Shown in pieces: positions 27,630-36,851 of a stretch of 64,000 bases of DNA. The DNA is from an uncultured Nitrososphaerota archaeon. Its GTDB lineage: Archaea > Thermoproteota > Nitrososphaeria > Nitrososphaerales > Gagatemarchaeaceae. The DNA is taken from positions 1,312,001 through 1,376,000 of the forward strand of contig OY969807.1 in NCBI GenBank assembly GCA_963703285.1. Reading direction: 5' to 3'. Position numbers and translations under genes: made by a program. Each line of letters opens with the position of its first letter. Within the stretch, counting starts at the first letter, position 1. The notes under the pieces are model-generated. The model was given only the letters and a program-made list of their open reading frames with translations, was not told the DNA's origin and searched no databases.

Positions 27630-27911
27630 ATGCCGTACGGGGGCCACATCTACCAGTTCAGCACCCCTATCGGCGGCGGCACCGCGACGGTCGAGCTGAA
27701 TCTTCCTTCTGGCCCGGTAAACGGATCTCGCTCTGGTATTGAGCCTGGCTTTGGGGAGAGCGTGACCGATGCCGGCGGCGGATACAGGATGAGCAAGAAA
27801 CGTGTCACCCCGTTCGCGCTGGAGACGAAAGGACGGCCCAGCAAGTGGATAACTCTGACTTGCCTCCAAGTGCTGAAGTGGGTGGAAGAAGCGCGTGAGG
27901 CGACCTCGTAA
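27630..27911 (+). CDS. Hypothetical protein, frame open from 27501, start uncertain
   Basis: Open frame fills the gap between convergent genes; no recognised motif. Confidence 0.3.
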   Translation: MPYGGHIYQFSTPIGGGTATVELNLPSGPVNGSRSGIEPGFGESVTDAGGGYRMSKKRVTPFALETKGRPSKWITLTCLQVLKWVEEAREATS

Positions 27912-27939
27912 AGCGACTGTCCGATGAGCTCCCCCGGTT

Positions 27940-28536
27940 TCATGAAGGCTGGCCGTCGACGAATATCGGCAGCGCCTGGATGTAGACGAGATCCTGGCCC
28001 TTGTACCACGGGCCCTCCTTCCATACGGCCGCCTTGCACGCGACGATCGCCTCGGCGCTCTTGGCAAGAAGCTGGAGCGCGTCCAGGGTGGCACCCGTCG
28101 AGACCACATCGTCCAGGAGGCAGACCCGCTTGCCCGACAGCCACTGCATCTCCTCCTTGGTCAGGAGGAGCTCCTGCTCGGCCTTCGTCGTGATCGACTT
28201 CAGCTTCTGTGAGGCGTAGTCTCCCATGTACGACTTGATGCTCTTGCGGGCCACGACGAACCGGTCGGTTCCGAGCCTCTTGGAGAGCTCGAAGGCGAGG
28301 GCTATCGACTTGGCCTCGGCGGTCAGCACCGCATCCACCCCCATGGGACGAATCTTCTTCGCGAGCAGGGCCGCTGCCTTGGACAGGAAGCCGACGTCCC
28401 CGAGTATCAGGGCGGCGTCGGACGCTATCCACGTGTGGGGCTGAATCTGGACGACTGGAACGGTCCTGCACAGGTTACCCAACCTGACGACATAGACGCT
28501 CTCCCCAGAGTACGGCCTGACAGACGGTTCTCGCAA
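27940..28536 (-). CDS. Type I phosphoribosyltransferase (adenine/xanthine PRT-like)
   Basis: TAEAKSI, VARK, PRPP loop LLDDVVSTGAT. Confidence 0.88.
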   Translation of the reverse strand: MREPSVRPYSGESVYVVRLGNLCRTVPVVQIQPHTWIASDAALILGDVGFLSKAAALLAKKIRPMGVDAVLTAEAKSIALAFELSKRLGTDRFVVARKSIKSYMGDYASQKLKSITTKAEQELLLTKEEMQWLSGKRVCLLDDVVSTGATLDALQLLAKSAEAIVACKAAVWKEGPWYKGQDLVYIQALPIFVDGQPS

Positions 28537-28585
28537 GACGACCAGCCCGCTTCTGCGCGGTATTTGTCCTCGACTGTGGGCCGGA

Positions 28586-30181
28586 TCACTCTGGCGGGAT
28601 TTCCTTGTAGGCGAGCGTCACGTCAATCCCCCTCTTCCCGTAGTAGCTCTTGCAGCCGTAGTAGATGAGGAGGCCGGCTATGAAGGAACCGGCGACGTAG
28701 GCGTAGGCGAGGTAGTAACCATGAATCCCGTCAACGATCGCCGCGGTGCCCCAGATTGTCGGCGAAGCGAAGAACTGGTAGATGATGTAGCCGAAGATTA
28801 TTGCCATGAGCGCCCCGCTGATGCTCAGTATTGACCTGGTGCTTCCTTGTTCCTTCCGGGCCTCTAGGATGGCGGAGATTCCGACGAACGCGAAGTAGAT
28901 CATCGCTGCGACCACGGCGGCGTAGAGGACCTGGAAGCTGCCGTAGAAGTAGGAGACGGCTCCCACGAGGACGACGGTCATGATGAGTACTAGGCTCTGC
29001 GCAACGAGAGGCGAGCCGGTCCGCGGGTTCACGTAGGCGAACCTCGCCGGGAGGAAGCGGTCGAACCCCTGGGCGAGTATGTACCGGGAGATCACTATCA
29101 CCCCATAGGCCAGGATGCCGACGTTCCACAGGATCCAAGCGAGACCTAGGAAGAGCTGGACCGCGGTGTTGCCGCTCACGCCCATTGCCAGGGTCCAGAA
29201 GTTGAACGAGATGTTGTAGACCAGCGTTGGGTTGGTAAAGGCAGCCTGGGTGAAGGCGAATCCTCCTACGTAGTACATGGTTGCGAAGGCGCTCGTCAGC
29301 AGGATGACCACGATGAGCGAGGCTATGGGGACGTTCCACTTGGCGGTCCCAGGGCCCTTGAGCTCGGACCCCACGGCCGGGCCCGCATTAATCCACGGAT
29401 ACACGAAGATCGCGAAGAACGGCAAGAGAGATATCGTCGCTCCAAAGTCGAAGGTGGAGCCGGTGAACGAGCTGGCGACAGAGTTGTAGGTGAGCGGCGA
29501 GTTGTTAGAGTTAGTAAGGCCGAGGCCGTCGATGAAGTTCACCACGCCCGAGTGCCCGGCCGCGATGAGTGTGATTATTCCGCCGATGATTCCCAAAATC
29601 CCGAGTATTATCGTGACCGTGACTATCCTGTAGCCAATCTTCTGGTTCGCCATGTTGAGCAGGATGATGGCAAGGAATATCGTGGCGCCCACGGCGAACT
29701 GCTCGCCCGGGGCGGCCCCCGGGACTGCCAGGTTCAGGGCGAGGCTGCTGGAGTTGCCCATCGCCAAAGCGACAGAACCGATGGCTGACACCAGCGCTAG
29801 GACTATCAGGGCGAAGTATGCCTGCGTCTCGAGGACGTAACCCATGAATGAGAGCGAGCCACCGAAAGCACCCCCCATCGTCCGGGAGACCCAGACATAG
29901 TCTCCTCCGGTGCGCTTTATCTTTCGCCCGATAATCGAGTAGACCACAATCTGCGGAATTGAGAGGATGAAGGCGATGAGGGAGGCGTACACGAGGTTGA
30001 CGCCGGCGACGGACGGAAGGGCAATCATGGTGAAGCTGATCGTCGCGAGCGCGGCGCCAGCAGACATGTTCCCCATGTTCAGGGTTACAGCATCGAGGAG
30101 CGAGACATTCTTCACGAGCCCGGTGCTCTCTCTAACGAAGACCGCAGGTTTTACCTTGTCGGCCATCATTATTCGGGCCAA
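28586..30181 (-). CDS. APC-family amino acid permease
   Basis: VFVRESTGLVK, RTGGDYVWVSR, about 12 TM, AYKEIPPE end. Confidence 0.9.
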   Translation of the reverse strand: MARIMMADKVKPAVFVRESTGLVKNVSLLDAVTLNMGNMSAGAALATISFTMIALPSVAGVNLVYASLIAFILSIPQIVVYSIIGRKIKRTGGDYVWVSRTMGGAFGGSLSFMGYVLETQAYFALIVLALVSAIGSVALAMGNSSSLALNLAVPGAAPGEQFAVGATIFLAIILLNMANQKIGYRIVTVTIILGILGIIGGIITLIAAGHSGVVNFIDGLGLTNSNNSPLTYNSVASSFTGSTFDFGATISLLPFFAIFVYPWINAGPAVGSELKGPGTAKWNVPIASLIVVILLTSAFATMYYVGGFAFTQAAFTNPTLVYNISFNFWTLAMGVSGNTAVQLFLGLAWILWNVGILAYGVIVISRYILAQGFDRFLPARFAYVNPRTGSPLVAQSLVLIMTVVLVGAVSYFYGSFQVLYAAVVAAMIYFAFVGISAILEARKEQGSTRSILSISGALMAIIFGYIIYQFFASPTIWGTAAIVDGIHGYYLAYAYVAGSFIAGLLIYYGCKSYYGKRGIDVTLAYKEIPPE

Positions 30182-30339
30182 GGAGTACTCTATTTATGGG
30201 TGGTTTCACCTGAATCAGTTAAAACGGTGGCAATTTGCTAATCGAGGCAACTCCCGTCGCGACGGCGCCCGGGACAGGGATTTTTGCCGCGAGCGCGTTC
30301 CATTCGAATAAATAAATCGATAAACCGAGCACGGATGCC

Positions 30340-30966
30340 TTGGCCCGCCTGGGTCGGTCGTTCTATTCGAGGTACACGCCAGATGTCGCCAGGGACCTTC
30401 TCGGCAGCGTGCTCGTCAGGGTGCTGGACGGCGAGGAGCTCCGCGCAAGGATCGTCGAGGTCGAGGCCTACCGCGGCGCAGACGACCCGGCGAGTCACGC
30501 GTACAGGGGCATGACCAAGAGGACGTCCGTGATGTTTGGAGAGCCGGGGCACGCGTACGTCTACTTCACCTTCGGCTTTCACTACTGCCTCAACCTCACG
30601 ACCGAGGTGGAGGGGGAGCCCGGGGCCGTCCTGATTAGGGCAGTCGAGCCGCTCTCGGGAATCGAGGAGATGAGGAGGAGGCGGGGGGTCGAAGACCTCC
30701 TTAGGATAGCCAAGGGCCCAGGCAACCTGACAAAGGCCATGGGCATCGACCTGCGCCTGAACGGCGAGGACGTCGTCACTTCGAAGGAGCTCTTCGTGCT
30801 CTCAGGAAGGCCCGACGGCGAGGTGGCGGTCTCGACGAGGATAGGCATCAGTTCGGGAAAGGACAAGATGTGGAGATACTACATCAGGGGCAGCGCATTC
30901 GTTTCTGGCTCCAATAGGCATAACTACCGCACTCGCGAATCGGGCGGAAGAGGGGTCGTCGGCTAG
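30340..30966 (+). CDS. mpg: 3-methyladenine DNA glycosylase (MPG/AAG family)
   Basis: IVEVEAY...DPASH, MFGEPGHAYVY, AVLIRA, GPGNL, TRIGIS. Confidence 0.92.
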   Translation: MARLGRSFYSRYTPDVARDLLGSVLVRVLDGEELRARIVEVEAYRGADDPASHAYRGMTKRTSVMFGEPGHAYVYFTFGFHYCLNLTTEVEGEPGAVLIRAVEPLSGIEEMRRRRGVEDLLRIAKGPGNLTKAMGIDLRLNGEDVVTSKELFVLSGRPDGEVAVSTRIGISSGKDKMWRYYIRGSAFVSGSNRHNYRTRESGGRGVVG

Positions 30967-31042
30967 TCTGGTCCAGGCTTCAAACCTATGGGAAGCAGGC
31001 CTTGGGCGCTTGAGAGCGCCGGTTCAAATCCGGCCGACCCCA
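30952..31042 (+). tRNA. tRNA-Pro(TGG) with 15-nt intron in the 5' anticodon stem (about 29/30; 30984-30998)
   Basis: GGGGTCG/CGACCCC acceptor, GGTTCAAATCC; removal gives CAAGC-CT-TGG-GC-GCTTG and a 76-nt tRNA; GCTTC/GAAGC helix flanks the junctions. Confidence 0.85.
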
Positions 31043-31110
31043 TCAACCTCGCGCCACTGGCGCCGCGCTAGTCTTTATCAGCAGGATTGGCTCCTCGAAT
31101 CCGAAACGCG

Positions 31111-31461
31111 ATGAGAATCGGCTCCGTCGTGATAGACTGCTTTGAGTTCGATGGCATGCTGAATTTCTGGCAGGAAGTCCTCCACTACGTTACTCGCACG
31201 CCGGCCAAGGACGGGTGGGTCATCCTCAGAGACCCCTAGGGCAAGAACACTAACGTCTCCTTGAACCAGGTCCCGGAGAGGCTCATGGACAGGAACTGGT
31301 TGCACTTCGACCTCTACACGGAGGACCAGAAGGGCGAGGTGGACAGGCTGATCAAGCTGGGAGCCAAGCGGCATCCTCAGGAGTACGAGGGCGATGAGGA
31401 CTTCGTTGTCCTCGAGCATCCCGATGGGAACCTCTTCTGCGTCGTCGACACGAAACGCTGA
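31111..31461 (+). pseudogene. Glyoxalase/VOC-family gene with in-frame TAG at 31237
   Basis: MRIGSVVIDC...FWQEVL...LRDP*GKNTNVSL...NWLHFDL...PDGNLFCVV all in one frame. Confidence 0.75.
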
Positions 31462-31519
31462 CGCCGGAGGCGCTTCGCGGGCTGCCCGTCTCAGACGTTA
31501 GAGTCTCGACCTTGCGTGC

Positions 31520-33802
31520 TCATTCGCACTTGCTGTAACCGCAGGAAGAACACTTGTAGCAGCCGCCTTCGAAGATTATCGCGTTCTCCCCACAGTCGGG
31601 GCAGGTCCCTCCCTGGACAAGGGGCGTGCTCGCCTCCTTGGTCACGCGCCCCGCCACCAGCACCTCGAGCGCCTTGGCGACGGCATCTGGGATGGAGAGG
31701 AGCTGCACACCCTCGTCCCAGGTGACGTACTTGCCCTTGATGCCCTTCATCATCCTGACGACGTTCTGGATGTCTCCGCCGTGCTGCAGGTAGAGGCTGA
31801 TCAGCCGCCCGATGGCCTCGGCGTCGGCCTTCTCGTCCCCTCCGAGCTTGCCGAGGGTGACGAAGACCTCCTTCAGGGTGCCCACTTCGTCGGTGTTGGC
31901 CGTCACGTAAAGGCTCCCCTGGGGTAGCTTGAGCTTGAGCGTCCTGCCGGTCAGCACCTTGGGCCTCTCGAACTCCATCGGAGCCTTCTGCTCTGTCGTC
32001 TTCTTCTCGACCTTGCTCGTCTCGAGTATGCCCTCCCTGCTGCCCTCGCGGTAGACGGTTATCCCCTTGCAGCCCAGCTTCCACGCGAGCAGGTAGATGT
32101 TCTCGACCTCTCCGGTGGAGATGTCCTGGGGAAGGTTCACCGTGCTCGAGATCGCGGTGTCGATGTGCTTCTGGATGGCTGCCTGCATCCTGACCCTCAT
32201 CTCGGGCTTGATCTGGTGCGAGGTGACGAAGTACGAGGGCAGGTTCCTCTCGTCCGTGATCCTGTGGACCTGCATGTAGTCCTTTACGAGCGGATGGTAG
32301 ACCTTGAACTCGCCCTCGCTGAGCGACTTGCTCCTCCTCGTGTAGGAGAGGGCGAAGACGGGCTCGACTCCGCTGGAGCACGCGGCGAGTATCGACCCGG
32401 ACCCAACCGGGGGCACGGTGGTGACCGCGCAGTTCCTTATGCCCTGGCTCCTTATCTTCTCCTTGACCTTCGAGTCCAGTCTCTGGATGAAGGGTTGGGC
32501 GAGGTGCTTCCCGGCGTCGAAGGCCGGGGCCGGACCCTTCTCCACGGCGAGGTCGGTCGAGTAGTCGTAGATGACGTTCTTGATCCTCTCGAAGAGCTTG
32601 TCCACGAACTCCACCGTCGATTCATCGTCGTACTTCAGGCCGAGCTTGATGAGCATGTCCCCGAGGCCCGTTATCCCCACCCCGATCCTCCTGCTCCAGA
32701 GAGAGGCCTGGCGCTGCTGTGGGAGGGGGTGGCGGTCTGCGTTGTAGTCCAGGACGTTGTCGAGGAACCTCGTCGCGTACTGTGAGGCCTTCACGAGCCC
32801 GTCCCAGTCGATGCTGGCGCGCTCGGTGAAGGCTTCCTTGACGAAGTAGCTGAGGTTTACCGACCCGAGGCAGCAGCAGCCGTAGTTCTCGAGGGTCTGC
32901 TCGCTGCAGGGGTTCACGCCCTGGACCTCCATGTTGTTGTACTCGGTCGTGGAGTCCCTCTTGATGGTGTCCCAGAAGAGGAGACCCGGCTCGTCGCTCT
33001 GCCACGCCGCCTTCACGAGCTGGTTCCAGATGCTCCTCGCCTTCACTGTCTTCCGGAAGTCCTTGATGCGCTCGTTTTCGAACCGGAGCTCGAAGTCGCC
33101 GTCTGACTCGACGGCCCTCATGAACTCGTCGGTGATCTTGATGGATATGTTCGCGTAGTTTACCTTCTTGAGGTCCTTCTTTACGTTGATGAAGTCGAAG
33201 ACGTCGGGGTGGTCGACCCTTATCGTGATCATCAGGGCGCCCCTCCTCCCCGCCTGGCCGATCGTCCCCGTGGTCGTGGAGAGCAGCTCCATGAACGAGA
33301 CGGAGCCCGTGCTGTATATCGCCGAGTTGTTCACGGGGGACCCGCGCGGCCTGAGAATCGATATGTCGGTCCCGACGCCTCCCCCGAAGCTGTAGGTCCG
33401 CGCCGCCTCCTTGCACCAGTCGAAGATCGCCTCTATGGAGTCCTCCTTGATTCTGAAGAAATAGCAGTTGAGCAGGGTCGCCCTCCTCGGCTGCCCCGCG
33501 CCGAACATTATCCTTCCACCCGGTACGAACTTGAAGTCCTCCAGAAGCCAGTAGAACCTGTCGGTCCATTCCTGCCGCTTGTCGCCCACCTCGACCGAGG
33601 CCAGCTCGCGTGCCACCCTCAGCCAGAGTTTGTCAGGTGTCCTCTCCACCTGCTCCCCCTTGGCGTTCCTCAGAGCGTACTTTTCGTAGAACACCCTCGA
33701 CCTCAGCTCGTCCCCTCCGAAGGCGGCGAGCGTCTCCTCGGGCAGCGGAACCTCAGCCTTCATGGTCTTCTCTGTTTCTCCTTCTCTCTCGATTGCAGTC
33801 AT
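31520..33802 (-). CDS. nrdJ: Class II (B12-dependent) ribonucleotide reductase with C-terminal TSCPD/Zn-ribbon
   Basis: LLNCY, GRRGA, NPCSEQ, VPPVGS, ISSTVNL, KGITVYR, CPDC...C..CGYSKC. Confidence 0.93.
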   Translation of the reverse strand: MTAIEREGETEKTMKAEVPLPEETLAAFGGDELRSRVFYEKYALRNAKGEQVERTPDKLWLRVARELASVEVGDKRQEWTDRFYWLLEDFKFVPGGRIMFGAGQPRRATLLNCYFFRIKEDSIEAIFDWCKEAARTYSFGGGVGTDISILRPRGSPVNNSAIYSTGSVSFMELLSTTTGTIGQAGRRGALMITIRVDHPDVFDFINVKKDLKKVNYANISIKITDEFMRAVESDGDFELRFENERIKDFRKTVKARSIWNQLVKAAWQSDEPGLLFWDTIKRDSTTEYNNMEVQGVNPCSEQTLENYGCCCLGSVNLSYFVKEAFTERASIDWDGLVKASQYATRFLDNVLDYNADRHPLPQQRQASLWSRRIGVGITGLGDMLIKLGLKYDDESTVEFVDKLFERIKNVIYDYSTDLAVEKGPAPAFDAGKHLAQPFIQRLDSKVKEKIRSQGIRNCAVTTVPPVGSGSILAACSSGVEPVFALSYTRRSKSLSEGEFKVYHPLVKDYMQVHRITDERNLPSYFVTSHQIKPEMRVRMQAAIQKHIDTAISSTVNLPQDISTGEVENIYLLAWKLGCKGITVYREGSREGILETSKVEKKTTEQKAPMEFERPKVLTGRTLKLKLPQGSLYVTANTDEVGTLKEVFVTLGKLGGDEKADAEAIGRLISLYLQHGGDIQNVVRMMKGIKGKYVTWDEGVQLLSIPDAVAKALEVLVAGRVTKEASTPLVQGGTCPDCGENAIIFEGGCYKCSSCGYSKCE

Positions 33803-33938
33803 AATATCACGCTGAATGCGAATTGCGCACTTTCACCTGACGCGGGTATATATCTGTGCGAGGGAAGATTGAAGTTGACCCGTGGCACACTCTGCCCGCG
33901 GATTCGGGAGTCAGTGAGACGCTAGTGGGTAAACTAAT

Positions 33939-33956
33939 ATTGACTTGTAGTCAATC
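33939..33956. promoter_or_regulatory. Dyad ATTGAC-TTGTA-GTCAAT between the nrdD-like gene and nrdJ
   Basis: Perfect 6-5-6 palindrome in the AT-rich nrdJ upstream region. Confidence 0.4.
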
Positions 33957-33970
33957 CAATTTGTCATAAT

Positions 33971-36077
33971 TCATTCGGCTGTCGAGTACTGGGCCGTAGC
34001 CGTTGACCTGCACTTCTTGCAGCGCCCGGTGTTGGGAGGAAGCTTCGCGCCGCAGTTCCTGCAGAAGGAGACCGTACGGTGGACCCTGAAGAACGGGATG
34101 CTCCCCAAGGAGGCCTGCATCATCTGGTAGGTGCCCCGCAGGTCCGCCGCCGATGCGTCAAGGATCACCGCGAAGCCCCCGGTGAGGCCGGCGGAGAGCT
34201 TCTTCAGGTACTCGACCTTCTCGGGATTCTGGAGGTCCTCGGGGGTAAGCTTCGGCGACAGGGAGTAGGCCTGCCTGCCCCCCGCCTGGAGGGCGGCCTT
34301 CCCGTACTTCTCCGCGTCGAGGGCGAACAGCCTCTGGGCGCCCTCCTCCTCGATTATCGCGACGCCCAGCCTCTCGTTCCTGCCGGACTTCTCGGAGGCG
34401 ACCTGCGTGGCCGTCTGAAGGATCTTGTCGGCGATGGAGCCCTTGACGGCGAGCGAGGGGTCCTTGGTCAGGTTCGAGAGTGCCTCCTCGAGACCCACGA
34501 GGTTCATTATCAGCGGCATGGCGTCCGAGCTCAGCCCCTCCGATCCGAAGCTGAGGGTCGGCAGGAGGCCCTTCTTCATTACGCGCTCCAGGACGGTCCG
34601 CCTGGTCGTGCAGCGCGTCGGAGGCGACGCCGATCAGCATCGCCAGCTTCGCCCTGAAGTAGGTCTCGTCCTGGTTCGAGTCGTAGGAGAGCCGCGGCAG
34701 GTTCAGGCTGAGGTTGTGCAGCACGCTGATGTGGTCTCCCTGGAACTCGGGCGGTAGGACGTCAGGGTTCACCCCCAGGAAGCTCCTCTTCTGGCCCGAC
34801 TGGAAGAACGCTATCCTTCCCCCGGCGTAGACTATCGACGCCGCATCCTTCAGGAACCTGCTGTCATCCTCCCTGAGCTTGGCGAGGACCAGCCTGACGC
34901 CTGGTCTGGGGACCTGCTCGACGAGCGCCCGATACGAGTCGAGCGTCGCGTCGAGGACCCTCTCGACCACCTCTCTCCCGGATTCGTCCTTGACGTAGGG
35001 GTCGAGCTCCAGGGAGATCATCGGCCTCTGGGACGCCGGGAACTGGGAGGAGGCCTGCGCGAGGAACCCGAATATCGAGGTCACGACCTCGTGCTTCGTC
35101 TTGGAACGAGCGAAGGGCGCGAGGTACTGGACGAAGTTCCTGTAGACTATCTCGACGGAGGCTTCCCTCCTGATGAGGGAGGTGATGTTGGCGATGATCG
35201 TCATGGCGCTCTCGAGGGACTCGGGGCTCGGTATCATGGGGGCGTATGGGAGCCTGCCCTTGGGGTTGAACCCGGACGCCCGCACGGAGAGTAGGTCGAC
35301 GAATATCGTGTCCGGCGTGAGCCCCCAGCTACCCGCATCGGCGATGTGGATGTCGCCGGCAAGGTGCGCGTCGGCGACGTCCCTGGGTATCTGCTCGAGG
35401 AGGAGGTACTCCGAGAAGACGGACTTGCCCGTCTGGTGGAGCAGCGACTCGACGTCGCTCCCGTCGTCGCCCGCCTTCCCGAGCAGCTGTGTGACGTCGT
35501 AGACCGGCAGCCCGAGGCGCGTCAGCTTGTGCCGGTACTCCTCGAGGTTGTGCTCGACGAGGAGCGAGTTGACCATCTCCCTGATCAGGGGCGCGGTCAG
35601 GTACTGCGTCTGGAACTTGTACAGCCTAGACTCGGTCTCGCTGGTGATCCTCTGGGCGAGCTCCACCGGCATCCCCGCCTCCTTGACGAGGGACTGCAGG
35701 ATCTTGTCCGCGTTGAACTCCTCCATCGCCTGCCTGGTGGTCCTCACATACAGCTTCCCGGACTCGACCAGCGACTGCTCCTCGATCTGCCGTGTGAGGT
35801 TGAGGACGAGGCGACCCAGGTTGGTCACCGTGTACTTCCTCTCCTGCCTGTTTAGCTGGATCAGGAGCTGCCTGACCAGCTTCCTGAGGTGGTAGGCAAA
35901 CTTCCCGGACTCCTTCTTGGACTTGAACCCCGCAAGCGTCTTCAGCGCGCTGTAGGTGAGCGGACCCTTGACGTTGAGGATCTTCAGGATCTCCAGCCGC
36001 TGCGGTGATGCGATGACGCTGTAGATTGTCTTGACCCTGCGAGGTGCTGCTTGCAACGCACCTGTGCTCTGGGTCAA
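33971..36077 (-). CDS. wHTH-ATP-cone-NrdD-like fusion (one-base frameshift near 34611)
   Basis: N-terminal ArsR-like wHTH (GKFAYHLRKL), ATP cone (EEFNADKILQSLVKEA...TAPLIRE), NrdD-like body (DAHLAGDIHIAD, SLNLPRL, NLVGLEEA), CRNC/CKKC ribbon; removing one base joins DAL-TTRRTVLERVMKK. Confidence 0.85.
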
Positions 36078-36236
36078 ATGTATTAAACCATATCAGGAAA
36101 GAACGGACGGACCGGAGCCGGATGGCGCTCGAACGTCAGACGGACTTCCGGGCACCCGGTTCGGACGGGCGCGCGGGCAATCGTGACCGGACAGCCCGCG
36201 GACCTGACCCCTCGCGAGAGGCCCGCTGCCTGCGAA

Positions 36237-36449
36237 CTACCTCCCGTCGTGCGATTCCTTCTCTTCGGCTACATAGAGAATCGCGTGCAGCGGCACCACG
36301 ACGCGGTGCTGCACGTCGTCCTTCCCGCGCTGCCATCCCTGGTAGCTCGGCGTCGTCGAGACGACCGTGCGACCGGAAGTGATGTACTCCCAGTGGGCGC
36401 CCTCGAGCGAAACATTGTGGCCGTTGATCAGATAGACCGTGGCGTTCAT
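36237..36449 (-). CDS. Small beta-rich hypothetical protein
   Basis: ATG ORF with host-like codons, ends VVVPLHAILYV. Confidence 0.45.
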   Translation of the reverse strand: MNATVYLINGHNVSLEGAHWEYITSGRTVVSTTPSYQGWQRGKDDVQHRVVVPLHAILYVAEEKESHDGR

Positions 36450-36851
36450 CTAGCATCCCCCGGCACTCTAGCGAGGCTCCCTCTGCTAAGGAAGCTCATT
36501 ACACTGCACTACAGTGTGCTCACCGCTTTACAGCGGCGAGCGCGGCCCCCAGGCGCGCCGCTTCGGCCTCGGTCACGCATTCGTAGGGCCACCTCAGCCT
36601 ACTGGCCGGCCACCGCCATCCCTTGTCCACGGCCATGTTGGGATGCTTCTTCAGCGTCATGAAGGGCAGTACCTGCCTGGAGAAGAGGCGGTCAATCCTC
36701 TCACCGAGCTTCAGTCCTTCCACCGTGTCGCTCAGGCAGAGCTCGTACCATCTCTGGGCGCCAAGGAGGGCGTAGCCTATGGATTCGTCAGGTCTGATCG
36801 GAAGGAGGGTGGTCGCCCTGTTGCCTCGGATGTCCGTGGATCGAAGCGGCG

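Noticed and set aside
33803-33970. B12 riboswitch or dif site upstream of nrdJ
   Set aside because: No B12 box; the dyad is 6-5-6, not the 11-6-11 Xer/dif layout
34590-34625. Programmed frameshift in the nrdD-like gene
   Set aside because: No slippery heptamer; a single extra base is more simply an error or mutation
36500-36850. Short ORFs between atpI and the 36237 gene
   Set aside because: No clear start or motif; may be a gene remnant but cannot be supported
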